Source of the DNA: Alphaproteobacteria bacterium
GTDB taxonomy: Bacteria; Pseudomonadota; Alphaproteobacteria; UBA828
DNA length: 64,000 bases
Assembly (NCBI GenBank): GCA_963667785.2
Contig: CAXXMU010000002.1
Coordinates: forward strand, 256,001 to 320,000
Direction: 5' to 3'
Positions 48,693-57,205 of this stretch are shown here, piece after piece (within the stretch, counting starts at the first letter, position 1; the number at the start of each line of letters is the position of its first letter). The notes beneath the pieces are model-generated. The model saw only the letters and a list, made by a program, of their open reading frames with translations. It had not been told where the DNA came from and searched no databases. Position numbers and translations under genes: made by a program.

Positions 48693-49685
48693 TCAGTCGA
48701 GGCCCAGGCTCGCCCGGTTCTCGCTCATGCTGGCGGCGATGCGATGGGCGACCTCGAGCGAGCGGATGCCGTCGGCGCCGCTCACCTCCGGCGGCCCGCC
48801 CGTCCGCACCGCGCGCACGAAGGCCTCGATCTCGCGCCGGAGCGGGTCTCCCCGGTCGAAGTCCAGCGTCTCCAGCGCCACCCCGTCGGGTCCCGCCGGC
48901 GCGCCGTCGCCCTTCTTGCGTGCGATCCTCACGCTGCGCTCGCCATGGTCGACCTTGATGTAGACGTCGGGCTGGAAGATGCGGAGCGTGCGCTCGGTCT
49001 TCAGGCTCACGCGGCTCGCGGTGACGTTGGCGACGCAGCCGTTGGCGAACCTGAGCCGGGCGTTGGCGATGTCCTCGCTCGCCGAGAAGACCGGCGTGCC
49101 CACCGCGTCGATCCCGGCCACCGGGGAGTCCACCAGCGCCAGGATGATGTCGATGTCGTGGATCATCAGGTCGAGGACGACGCTCACGTCGGTGCCGCGC
49201 TCGGAGAACGGCGCGATTCTGACCGATTCGATGTAGAGCGGGCGGGTGACGCGCGGGGCCACGGTGCGGAAGGCGTCGGAGAAGCGTTCGATCAGGCCGA
49301 CCTGAAGCACCAGCCCGCGCGCCTCGGCCAGCGCCGTGAGCTCCGTGGCGGTATCCACCCGCTTGGTGAGCGGCTTCTCGACCAGCACGTGGATGCCGGC
49401 ATCGAGGAGGTCCTTCACCACGGGATGGTGCGCGGCCGCCGGCACGGCGACGGCGGCGGCGTCGATGCGGCCGATGAGCGCACGGTGGTCGTCCACGGCA
49501 TCGGCGCCGAGGGGCGCGGCCACGGAGGCGGCTTGTGCGTGGTCGATGTCCGCGATGCCGACGAGGCGGGCGCCCTCGAGAGCGGCCATCTTCTCGGCGT
49601 GATAGCGGCCGAAATGGCCGACGCCCACCACGCCCAGCCTGAGCGCGCCGGCCTCCGCGGCCTGAGCCTCGGCGTCTCCTGCCAC
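48693..49685 (-). CDS. Gfo/Idh/MocA oxidoreductase, GnnA (UDP-GlcNAc 3-dehydrogenase)-like
   Basis: LGVVGVGHFGRYHAEK, HVLVEKP, RGTDVSVVLDLMIHDID, DIANARL.F.NGCVANVTASRVS. Confidence 0.83.
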   Translation of the reverse strand: MAGDAEAQAAEAGALRLGVVGVGHFGRYHAEKMAALEGARLVGIADIDHAQAASVAAPLGADAVDDHRALIGRIDAAAVAVPAAAHHPVVKDLLDAGIHVLVEKPLTKRVDTATELTALAEARGLVLQVGLIERFSDAFRTVAPRVTRPLYIESVRIAPFSERGTDVSVVLDLMIHDIDIILALVDSPVAGIDAVGTPVFSASEDIANARLRFANGCVANVTASRVSLKTERTLRIFQPDVYIKVDHGERSVRIARKKGDGAPAGPDGVALETLDFDRGDPLRREIEAFVRAVRTGGPPEVSGADGIRSLEVAHRIAASMSENRASLGLD

Positions 49686-49698
49686 CGCCTGCGCCGCC

Positions 49699-51501
49699 TC
49701 AGGCCGCCTCGTCGACGAAGAGCTCCGCCAGCTCGAAGCGGTCCTGCGTCATGTAGGCCAGGCCCTTCGTGCTGATGCGGTAGTAGGGGATGGTGACGAG
49801 CGAGACGAATTCGAGGTTCATCTGCGGCGTCTCGAGCTCGCATCCCATATCACGCCAGGCAGCTATCAGCTTGTACTGGCGCTCGAAAAGCTCGTCGAAG
49901 GGGAGGTCGGAAGCGAGGCCGTTCAGCGGCGTCGGCAGCGACGCCTCCACCCTGCCGTTGCGCAGCGCGATGAAGCCGCCGTCCATCCTGATGGTCTCGT
50001 TGGCCGCTGCCGCCATGTCCTCGTCGGAGGCGCCGACCAGCACGATGTTCTGGTTGAAGACGTTGGCCGTGGTGCCGATGCAGCCCTCCTTGATCCCGAA
50101 CCCCTTGACGAAGGCGACGCCGATCTCGCCGGTGCCCATGATCCGGTCGATCATGCAGATCTTGTTGATGCCGTTCTCCGGGTCCGCCTGCACGAGGCCG
50201 TCGACGACGGGGAGCGTCTCTACCGAACCCGGCGTCTCGAGCGAGCCGTCGCGGGTATTGATGCAGCGCACGTTCACGGTCTCGCCGGCGCCGGCCGGCG
50301 CCTCGATGCGGAAGTCGGCGGGCTCGAGCGTGCGGTCGATGTTCATGGTGCCGTAGAGCCAGTCCGGATAGTGCGGGGTGGCGAGCAGCTCGAGCAGCTT
50401 GCCGTCCTCGACCCAGACCTTGCCGTTCGCCATCACGCGCGCGATCTCGAACCCTTCGAGGCTGTCGACGAAGACGATGTCGGCGTAGCGGCCCGCGGCG
50501 ATCATGCCCATGTCGTGGTTGACCCGGTAGAACTCGGCCGGCTGGATCGTGGACATCTGGATCGCCGTCATCGGGTCGAGGCCGTTCTGCACGGCGACGC
50601 GGATCGCGTTGTCCATCTGGCCGCGCTCCAGCATCCAGTCCGGCGTGATCACGTCGGTGCAGAGCTGGTAGGCGCGGGCGTGGTAGCCTTCCTCAGTTAT
50701 CACAGGAAGGCACGCCTCTATGTCCTTGCAGGCGCTTCCTTCTCTGATGACGATCCAGATGCCGAGCTCGGCCTGCCGCCGGGTCTCCGAGGCGTTGACG
50801 ATCTCGTGGTTGTGCATGATCCCGGAGGCGACCCAGGCGTTGGTGATCTTCTCGTCGGTCATGCCGGCCGAGTGGCCCTGGATGACCTTGCCCATGTCGA
50901 GCGCCTCCTCCATGAGGCTGAGCAGGGCCCGGTCGCGCTGGTTCTGGTAGAGCATCAGCTCCGGGCTGATCTCCTCGATGCCCTTGGTCTCGGGCCAGGT
51001 CAGCGAATCGCGCAGGTCGTCGATGCTCGGCGCGTTGGGCGAGGCGGGGAAGCCGATCCCCCGGTTCTGCGTGTAGCACATGGTGGGGGTGACGAAGATC
51101 GGCTTGACCGGCGTCGCCAGCAGTTCGTCGAGGAAGAAGCGCGACGCGCGCATGCCGTTGACGATGGCGTGGCCGTAGAAGCCGTCCACGATGGTCGTCG
51201 AGCCGTGCAGCAGCCGGCAGGCCGCGAACACGGTGGAGTTGGCGTAGGTGTGCCACTGGTGGCAGTGGGGGTCGATCAGCCCCGGCACCAGGAACCGGCC
51301 TTCGGCGTCGATCACCTCGGTGCGCTCGTCGATGGCATAGTCCACGTCGCCGACCGCGGCGATCCGCTCGCCCTTGATGGCGATCCCTTCCGCCTTGATC
51401 GTGCCGGTGTGGACGTTGACCACACGGCCGCCGGTGATGACCGTGTCGGCGGGCGCGTAGCCCATGGCTACGTCGATCAACCCTTCCCGCTGCAGCTCCA
51501 T
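49699..51501 (-). CDS. adenine deaminase-family amidohydrolase, divergent
   Basis: 600 aa with AdeC architecture: LVPGLIDPHCH, IREGSACKD, IAAGRYADIV, FVKGFGIKEG, C-terminal SL.TIP..RISTKGL. Confidence 0.82.
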   Translation of the reverse strand: MELQREGLIDVAMGYAPADTVITGGRVVNVHTGTIKAEGIAIKGERIAAVGDVDYAIDERTEVIDAEGRFLVPGLIDPHCHQWHTYANSTVFAACRLLHGSTTIVDGFYGHAIVNGMRASRFFLDELLATPVKPIFVTPTMCYTQNRGIGFPASPNAPSIDDLRDSLTWPETKGIEEISPELMLYQNQRDRALLSLMEEALDMGKVIQGHSAGMTDEKITNAWVASGIMHNHEIVNASETRRQAELGIWIVIREGSACKDIEACLPVITEEGYHARAYQLCTDVITPDWMLERGQMDNAIRVAVQNGLDPMTAIQMSTIQPAEFYRVNHDMGMIAAGRYADIVFVDSLEGFEIARVMANGKVWVEDGKLLELLATPHYPDWLYGTMNIDRTLEPADFRIEAPAGAGETVNVRCINTRDGSLETPGSVETLPVVDGLVQADPENGINKICMIDRIMGTGEIGVAFVKGFGIKEGCIGTTANVFNQNIVLVGASDEDMAAAANETIRMDGGFIALRNGRVEASLPTPLNGLASDLPFDELFERQYKLIAAWRDMGCELETPQMNLEFVSLVTIPYYRISTKGLAYMTQDRFELAELFVDEAA

Positions 51502-51648
51502 CGCTTCCCCCCTGTGCGGCGCTGACGGGGCGGCACCGTAGTCGGTGTTGGGGACCCCTTCAAGCCGCGCTCCCGCCCGCTCCGGCAGGGTGAAGGCAGG
51601 GGCTCGGCAGGGGTGGGGGATGGACAGCGGCGGGCCGCCGCGCTATCC

Positions 51649-51669
51649 TGACAATGACTTTCACTTGCA
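51649..51669. promoter_or_regulatory. putative Fur-type iron-responsive box
   Basis: TGACAATGACTTTCACTTGCA. The inner 19-mer matches GATAATGATAATCATTATC at 12/19. AT-rich patch directly upstream of an FbpC-like ATPase. Confidence 0.55.
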
Positions 51670-51673
51670 TGGC

Positions 51674-52786
51674 ATGACTCGATCGATGGCGATCGACGGG
51701 GCAGGGCGTGCGCCTGCGGCGGACGCATCGAGCGGGCTGAGCCTGGAAGGCATCCACCACGCCTACGAGGCCGCGCCGGTGATACGCGGGGTCGACCTGG
51801 CGGTCGAGCGGGGCGAGATCCTGTGCCTGCTGGGGCCGTCCGGCTGCGGCAAGACCACCCTGCTCAGGATCGCCGCCGGCCTCGAGCGCCAGAGCGCCGG
51901 CCACGTCCTGATCGACGGCGAGGAGGTCGCCGGCCCGCACCTTTTCGTGGAGCCCGAAAAGCGCCGGATCGGGCTGATGTTCCAGGACTATGCGCTGTTC
52001 CCGCACGTGCGCGCCGTCGACAACGTGGGCTTCGGGCTGACCAACGGGCGGAGGGCGCAGCGGCGGGACACGGCGCTTCGCCTGCTCGGGCATCTCGGCC
52101 TTGCCCACCTCGCCGACGCCTATCCGCACGAGCTCTCGGGCGGGGAGCAGCAGCGCGTGGCGCTCGCCCGCGCGCTCGCGCCGGAGCCGCGCGCGATGCT
52201 GCTGGACGAGCCGTTCTCCGGCCTCGACGAGCGGCTGCGGGAGCGGGTCCGGGACGACACGCTGCGCTTCCTCCACGAGGCCGGGGTGCCGATCGTGCTG
52301 GTCACTCACGATGCGGACGAAGCGCTGCTGATGGCGGACCGGATCGCCCTGATGCAGGAGGGCGTGCTGGTCCAGGTGGGGAGCCCGGACGACCTCTGCC
52401 GCCGCCCGGCGAGCCCCTTCGTCGCGCGCTTCTTCGGCGCGCTGCCGGCCTTCGACGGCCGGGTCAGGGGCCGCGCGGTGGAGACTCCCATCGGGCGTGC
52501 ACCCGCCGCCTGCGGCGAGGGCTGCAGGGTGCGGGTCTATGTGAGGCCGGAGGCGGTGGCGCTGCTCGACGAGGGCGCCGCCGACGCCGACGGTCTCCCG
52601 GCGGCCCGGGTTCTCGACAGCCGGCCGCTCGGCACGACCAGCCATTTGAAGCTCGCGGTGGAGGGTCATGCGGCGCCGCTGACCCTCAACGTGGCCGACG
52701 ATGGCGCTCCGCGCGTCGACGACGTGGTCCGCATTCGGCTTGACCCACGCCGTACTTTTGTGTTCCCTGCCTCCCAAGACCTGTAG
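51674..52786 (+). CDS. ABC ATP-binding protein, FbpC/PotA-like with TOBE domain
   Basis: GPSGCGKTT, MFQDYALFPH, ELSGGEQQRVALARALAP, LLDEPFSGLD. Start uncertain (51674 or 51686). Confidence 0.88.
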   Translation: MTRSMAIDGAGRAPAADASSGLSLEGIHHAYEAAPVIRGVDLAVERGEILCLLGPSGCGKTTLLRIAAGLERQSAGHVLIDGEEVAGPHLFVEPEKRRIGLMFQDYALFPHVRAVDNVGFGLTNGRRAQRRDTALRLLGHLGLAHLADAYPHELSGGEQQRVALARALAPEPRAMLLDEPFSGLDERLRERVRDDTLRFLHEAGVPIVLVTHDADEALLMADRIALMQEGVLVQVGSPDDLCRRPASPFVARFFGALPAFDGRVRGRAVETPIGRAPAACGEGCRVRVYVRPEAVALLDEGAADADGLPAARVLDSRPLGTTSHLKLAVEGHAAPLTLNVADDGAPRVDDVVRIRLDPRRTFVFPASQDL

Positions 52787-52875
52787 ACGGCAACACTGCG
52801 GGACCGGCGCCGCGCGGCGGATTTCGCGCCCGCGACCGGCCGTCGCACCCGCCGTCGCGAGACTGGAGCCGTGTC

Positions 52876-53145
52876 ATGGGTATCTCGATCTGGCAAATCC
52901 TACTGATCGTCCTGGTGATCGTTCTGCTGTTCGGCGCCGGCAAGCTGCCGCGCCTGATGGGCGACTTCGCCAAGGGCATCAAGAGCTTCAAGACCGGCAT
53001 GCGGGAAGGCGAGGCGCCCCCGCCGCCGGCACAGAGCGCTGCCGCTCCGGCCGAGGCTCCGCAGGAGCCCAAGGTGATCGAGAGCGAGCCCTCGACCATC
53101 GAAGCCAGCGCCGTCAAGAAGGACGAAGAAGCCGCCAAGAGCTAG
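52876..53145 (+). CDS. tatA: twin-arginine translocase subunit TatA
   Basis: ISIWQILLIVLVIVLLFGAGKLPRLMGDFAKGIKSFK. Confidence 0.95.
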   Translation: MGISIWQILLIVLVIVLLFGAGKLPRLMGDFAKGIKSFKTGMREGEAPPPPAQSAAAPAEAPQEPKVIESEPSTIEASAVKKDEEAAKS

Positions 53146-53209
53146 CAGCCTGACCCTGGACGGCTGAAGGGAAACAGGGAGAACACCCGCTCCCGCAGCG
53201 GGCGCACAC

Positions 53210-53728
53210 ATGTTGGACATCGGCTGGCAAGAGCTCATCATCCTGATGCTGATCGCCCTGATCGTCGTCGGGCCAAAGGACCTGCCGCGCATCGTCAAGA
53301 CCGCGGGCCAGTGGATGGGCAAGGCGCGCGGCTACGCCCGCGACTTCCAGCGGACCATCGAGGAGGCCGCGGACGCGACCGAGATCGATGCCGTCAAGAA
53401 GGAGATCGACGAGGCCAACCGCGAGCTCGCCGACGCCCGCCGGGACGTGTCGGACGGGGCGGAATCGGTGAAGCGTGACGTTGCCGAAGGCAGCGACAGC
53501 GTGAACAAGATGTTCAGCGAGGATGTCATGGCGCCGGCTAAAGGCGCGGCCGCGAAGCCCAACGGCGAGGCAGCGCCTGCCGAGGCAAAGGACGGCGAGG
53601 GCGAAGCCCCCGCGGCAGCGGCAGCGGAGAGCGCGGCCGCACCCGCGGCGGAACAGACCGCTCCGGCGGCAGAGCCCCAGGGCGGCGGCGCGGACGACAC
53701 GCCGCCCGCACGCGGCGCGAGCGCCTAG
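53210..53728 (+). CDS. tatB: twin-arginine translocase subunit TatB
   Basis: MLDIGWQELIILMLIALIVVGPKDLP. Confidence 0.95.
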   Translation: MLDIGWQELIILMLIALIVVGPKDLPRIVKTAGQWMGKARGYARDFQRTIEEAADATEIDAVKKEIDEANRELADARRDVSDGAESVKRDVAEGSDSVNKMFSEDVMAPAKGAAAKPNGEAAPAEAKDGEGEAPAAAAAESAAAPAAEQTAPAAEPQGGGADDTPPARGASA

Positions 53729-53821
53729 GCGCCCGGACTCAGACAGCGCGGAATGTCCCGGCGGCTCCCGTCCGGCGCGTCAGCGCCCCAGAGGCCCGGT
53801 CCCGGGGCGGGTGGGTAGCCG

Positions 53822-54679
53822 GTGGTCGACCAGATCGAACAATCGCGCGCGCCGCTTATCGATCACCTGATCGAGCTCAGGCGCCGCCTCGCCTTCGCGG
53901 CCATCGGGCTGGTCATCGCCTTTCTCGGCTGCTGGTACGTGGCCTCGGACATCTTCGCCTTCCTGGTCGAGCCGTTGCGCGACGTGCTGGCCGAGGGAGG
54001 CTACGACACCAACCTCATCTACACGCACCTGCTGGAGGCCTTCTTCACCGAGCTGAAGATCGCCTTCTGGGGCGCCTTCTTCGTCTCCTTCCCGCTGATC
54101 GCCACGCAGTTCTGGATGTTCGTGGCGCCCGGCCTCTACAAGAACGAGAAGAGGGCCGTCCTGCCCTTCCTCTTCATCACGCCGGTGCTGTTCTTCTCGG
54201 GCGGCGGGCTGGTCTACTACTTCATCTTCCCGCAGGCCTTCAACTTTTTCATCTCCTTCCAGGCGCCGGGCACGGAAGAGGGCCTCGGCCTCGAGCTGCT
54301 GCCCAAGATTGGCGAGTACCTGTCGCTGGTGATGAAGCTGATCTTCGCCTTCGGCATCGCCTTCCAGCTTCCGGTGATGCTGACCCTGATGGGCCGCGCT
54401 GGCCTCGCCACCTCGGCCGGGCTGAAGCGCAAGCGCAAGTACGCCATCGTCATCGTCTTCATCGCCGCGGCGATCCTGACCCCGCCCGATCTGTTCAGTC
54501 AGATCGGCCTCGGCATTCCGCTGATCGCGCTCTACGAGATCTCGATCATCTCGGTCGGCTTCGTCGAGAAGAAGCGCCGCAAGAAGCAGGAAGAAGAAGA
54601 GGCGGCCTACGCCGAGATGGACGAGCTGCTGGCCCAGTACGAGGACAGCGAAGAGACCGACTTCAATTACGGGCGCTGA
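53822..54679 (+). CDS. tatC: twin-arginine translocase subunit TatC
   Basis: PLIDHLIELRRRL, FVAPGLYKNEK, AFGIAFQLP, LTPPD, LYEIS. Confidence 0.96.
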   Translation: MVDQIEQSRAPLIDHLIELRRRLAFAAIGLVIAFLGCWYVASDIFAFLVEPLRDVLAEGGYDTNLIYTHLLEAFFTELKIAFWGAFFVSFPLIATQFWMFVAPGLYKNEKRAVLPFLFITPVLFFSGGGLVYYFIFPQAFNFFISFQAPGTEEGLGLELLPKIGEYLSLVMKLIFAFGIAFQLPVMLTLMGRAGLATSAGLKRKRKYAIVIVFIAAAILTPPDLFSQIGLGIPLIALYEISIISVGFVEKKRRKKQEEEEAAYAEMDELLAQYEDSEETDFNYGR

Positions 54680-54813
54680 TGCGGCAGCAGGTCTGACCGG
54701 TGCAGTGCCGCGGTCGGTCGGGGCGAGGCAGGGACGCGCCGGCGCGCCGGCGTGAGCCGCTCCAGCAAGCCGTCGTCAGTCCCCCACGCCGTCTGCCCGG
54801 CACTCCCCCAAGC

Positions 54814-54897
54814 GTCATGTCCGGACTGGTTCCGGGCATCTCTGTCGGCCTGATGCGGCCGCGAGACGTGGATGGCCGGGACAAGCCCGGCCAGGAC
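54814..54897. repeat. REP/RPE-like palindromic element (alphaproteobacterial GTCATG-CCGG type)
   Basis: GTCATGTCCGGACTGGTTCCGGGCATC ... GATGGCCGGGACAAGCCCGGCCAGGAC. Two internally palindromic arms in inverted orientation between convergent genes. Confidence 0.75.
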
Positions 54898-54972
54898 GTG
54901 GTGGGGGCACCTCGTCAGTGGGTCAAACGTCTCGGTCGGGACACTTGCGCGTCCGAGTGAAACGGACACGGG

Positions 54973-55458
54973 CTACTGGTCGGCGAGCAGCCCCTTGGCT
55001 TCGGCGATCTCTTCCGGCGTCATCAGCCCGGCGATCGAGTCCAGGATGAGCTGGGCGTTCGGGCCCTTCTCCTCAGCCGCCCGCTGCAGCCAGGCGTAGG
55101 CGCGCACGAGGTCGCGGGGGACGCCGTCGCCGCGCGCGTAGATCGTGCCGAGCAGGGTCTGCGCCTCGGTCACGCCGGCCTGCGCGGCCTGCTCGTACCA
55201 GGGCACCGCGCGACCGGGCTGCCCCATGATCTGGAAGGCCATGCCCAGAGCGTAGGCGGCCTGGTAGTCGCCGGCCTCGGCGAGCGGCAGCCACTCGCTC
55301 ACGGCCGTCTCGTAATCGCCTGCCGTATAGGCCTGCCAGCCGCTGGCCATGTCCGCCTGCGCGCCGACGGGCGCGAGCGCAACTGTCGCCGCCAGCAGAG
55401 CGCCTGCCGCGGCGGGCAGTGCCCCGCCGGCGCGCCGGCGCTGCCACCCGGATGACAT
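54973..55458 (-). CDS. small secreted Sel1/TPR-repeat protein
   Basis: Signal peptide, AYTAGDYETAVSEWLPLAEAG, AQTLLGTIYARGDGVPRDLVRAYAW. Confidence 0.85.
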   Translation of the reverse strand: MSSGWQRRRAGGALPAAAGALLAATVALAPVGAQADMASGWQAYTAGDYETAVSEWLPLAEAGDYQAAYALGMAFQIMGQPGRAVPWYEQAAQAGVTEAQTLLGTIYARGDGVPRDLVRAYAWLQRAAEEKGPNAQLILDSIAGLMTPEEIAEAKGLLADQ

Positions 55459-55475
55459 CAAGCGACCCCTGGGCT

Positions 55476-55643
55476 CTATTTGATCTTCGCTTCTTTGAAG
55501 ACCACGTGCTTACGGGCGACGGGATCGTACTTGCGGAGCGAGAGCTTTTCGGTCTGGCTGCGCGGGTTCTTGCGCGTCGTGTAATAGAATCCCGTGCCCG
55601 CCGAACTGACGAGCTTGATGAGGATACTGTTGGCCTTGGCCAT
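55476..55643 (-). CDS. rpmG: 50S ribosomal protein L33 (cysteine-free type)
   Basis: Manual translation [55 protein letters not shown]. Too short for the ORF track. Confidence 0.96.
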   Translation of the reverse strand: MAKANSILIKLVSSAGTGFYYTTRKNPRSQTEKLSLRKYDPVARKHVVFKEAKIK

Positions 55644-55682
55644 GCGACTCGCCCGGATAATTCGATAATCGAAGGAGCGGCG

Positions 55683-55710
55683 ACATTACCGCCTGGTTAC
55701 GGGCTGTCAA
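55683..55710 (-). promoter_or_regulatory. putative sigma70 promoter of rpmG
   Basis: Minus strand TTGACA-N16-TAATGT, about 40 nt upstream of the ATG. Confidence 0.6.
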
Positions 55711-55763
55711 GCGGCGGCGACCGGACCCGTGCTGCCTCGGGCGGCGGGCGCTCGGCTCCCCCG

Positions 55764-56306
55764 TCAGGCGTCCTCGAGCTTCACCAGGTCGCCGTTCTCG
55801 TCGAGGCCGATACCGTAGTCCCGCGCCTCGTCGATGGTCTCGTCCGGCCAGTGCACCTTGCCCGGATCGGTGCCGCCGACCACGGCCAGCATGAGCGCCG
55901 TCTCGTCGCCGGCGTTGCGGAAGCCGCGGCTCGCGCCGACGGGGACCGAGACGGTGTCGTAGGGCTCGAGCACCACCTCGTGCCGCTGCCCGTCGCTGTT
56001 CTGCCAGTAGATGCCCCACCTGCCGGTCAGCGGGATGAACACCTCGTTGGTCTCGTGAATGTGCAGCGAGGCGCCCTTGCCGGGATCGGCCTTGATCAGG
56101 CCGACATTGAAGTCGCGGTTGTCCGTGATCGGCGGGAGGAGCTCCTTGTCCTCGACCACGCCGCGGCCGATGATGTTGAAGATGTCGCGCTCATAGCCCG
56201 GAATGAGCGCATCGACGAACGCATGGGCGCTCGACTTCAGGTCCTTGAAGCGGGCGACGCGCTCGCGCTCCATGAACTCGGGGCTGACATCGATCCGTTC
56301 CACCAT
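55764..56306 (-). CDS. cupin-domain protein
   Basis: GASLHIHETNEVFIPLTGRW, LEPYDTVSVPVGASRGFRN. Confidence 0.8.
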   Translation of the reverse strand: MVERIDVSPEFMERERVARFKDLKSSAHAFVDALIPGYERDIFNIIGRGVVEDKELLPPITDNRDFNVGLIKADPGKGASLHIHETNEVFIPLTGRWGIYWQNSDGQRHEVVLEPYDTVSVPVGASRGFRNAGDETALMLAVVGGTDPGKVHWPDETIDEARDYGIGLDENGDLVKLEDA

Positions 56307-56379
56307 GGCGAAGCTCCTGCTGCTGGCGCGCACCCTCCGGTGCCGGTCGCGCCGGCGTCCCGTTCCCGGCAGAGCTCGG

Positions 56380-57030
56380 TCAGTAGAGCTCGGTGCGGTA
56401 GTTCTCCTCGACGAACTCGTCGGTCTCCTTGATCGTCTCCTCCGACGGCGGCTCGGCCGGCGGCGCGGTCTGCTCCAGGATCATGCGGCCGAGCGACGGC
56501 ATCTCGCGGCGGTTCTGCCGGCTCTCCTCGTCCCACAGCCGCGAGCGCTTGAACGCCTTGGCGCAGTGCAGGAAGGCCTCCTGCACCTCGACCCTGATGC
56601 CGACCTTCGGCTCCTTGCCGTTGACCACGGTGGCCTGCGCCAGCGCCTCGTCGCGCACGATCGTCGCGGTGCCGTTCACGCGCAGCGTGTCGTCGAAGCC
56701 GGGAACCAGGAAGAGCAGGCCGACATTGGGGTTCTCGATGATGTTGGTCATCGTGTCGAGCCGGTTGTTACCGGGCCGGTCCGGGATGAAGAGCGTGTTG
56801 TCGTCGATCACCTGGACGAAGCCCGGCGGATCGCCGCGCGGCGAGACGTCGGCGCGGCCGCTGGCGCCGCTGGTGCCGATGCAGAGGAAGGGCGAGCGCC
56901 GGATGAAGTCCTTGCAGTGCCGGTCCAGCGAGGGGATGCACTTCTTCACCGAGATTTCCATGGTCTCGCCCATGGTCTCGCGCAGATCGGCCTCTTCCGA
57001 ATAGGTCCGTCCCTGTTCGTGCTCGTCCAT
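56380..57030 (-). CDS. pyridoxamine 5'-phosphate oxidase-like FMN-binding protein (MSMEG_1061-type)
   Basis: DVSPRGDPPGFV, PDRPGNNRLD, GLLFLVPG, FLHCAKAFKRSRLW. Confidence 0.87.
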   Translation of the reverse strand: MDEHEQGRTYSEEADLRETMGETMEISVKKCIPSLDRHCKDFIRRSPFLCIGTSGASGRADVSPRGDPPGFVQVIDDNTLFIPDRPGNNRLDTMTNIIENPNVGLLFLVPGFDDTLRVNGTATIVRDEALAQATVVNGKEPKVGIRVEVQEAFLHCAKAFKRSRLWDEESRQNRREMPSLGRMILEQTAPPAEPPSEETIKETDEFVEENYRTELY

Positions 57031-57205
57031 GGCGTCCGGCTCCCCGTGCAATCGGCGGAGCGGCGAGTCTAGCAAAGCAGAGCGTGCGGGTCATCCGCGA
57101 TCGGCTCCCGCCGGGCCGGGGCCGACGGCGATGCGTGACGGCCGCGCCGCCCTGTGGCATCTATCGGGCTCCTCGCATCCGGCATCGAGTCGAGAAGGCA
57201 GCGTC

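Noticed and set aside
54845-54968. CTGATG...GAAAC resembling a hammerhead ribozyme core
   Set aside because: The core reads CTGATGC rather than CTGATGA, and stems II and III cannot be formed in the right order.
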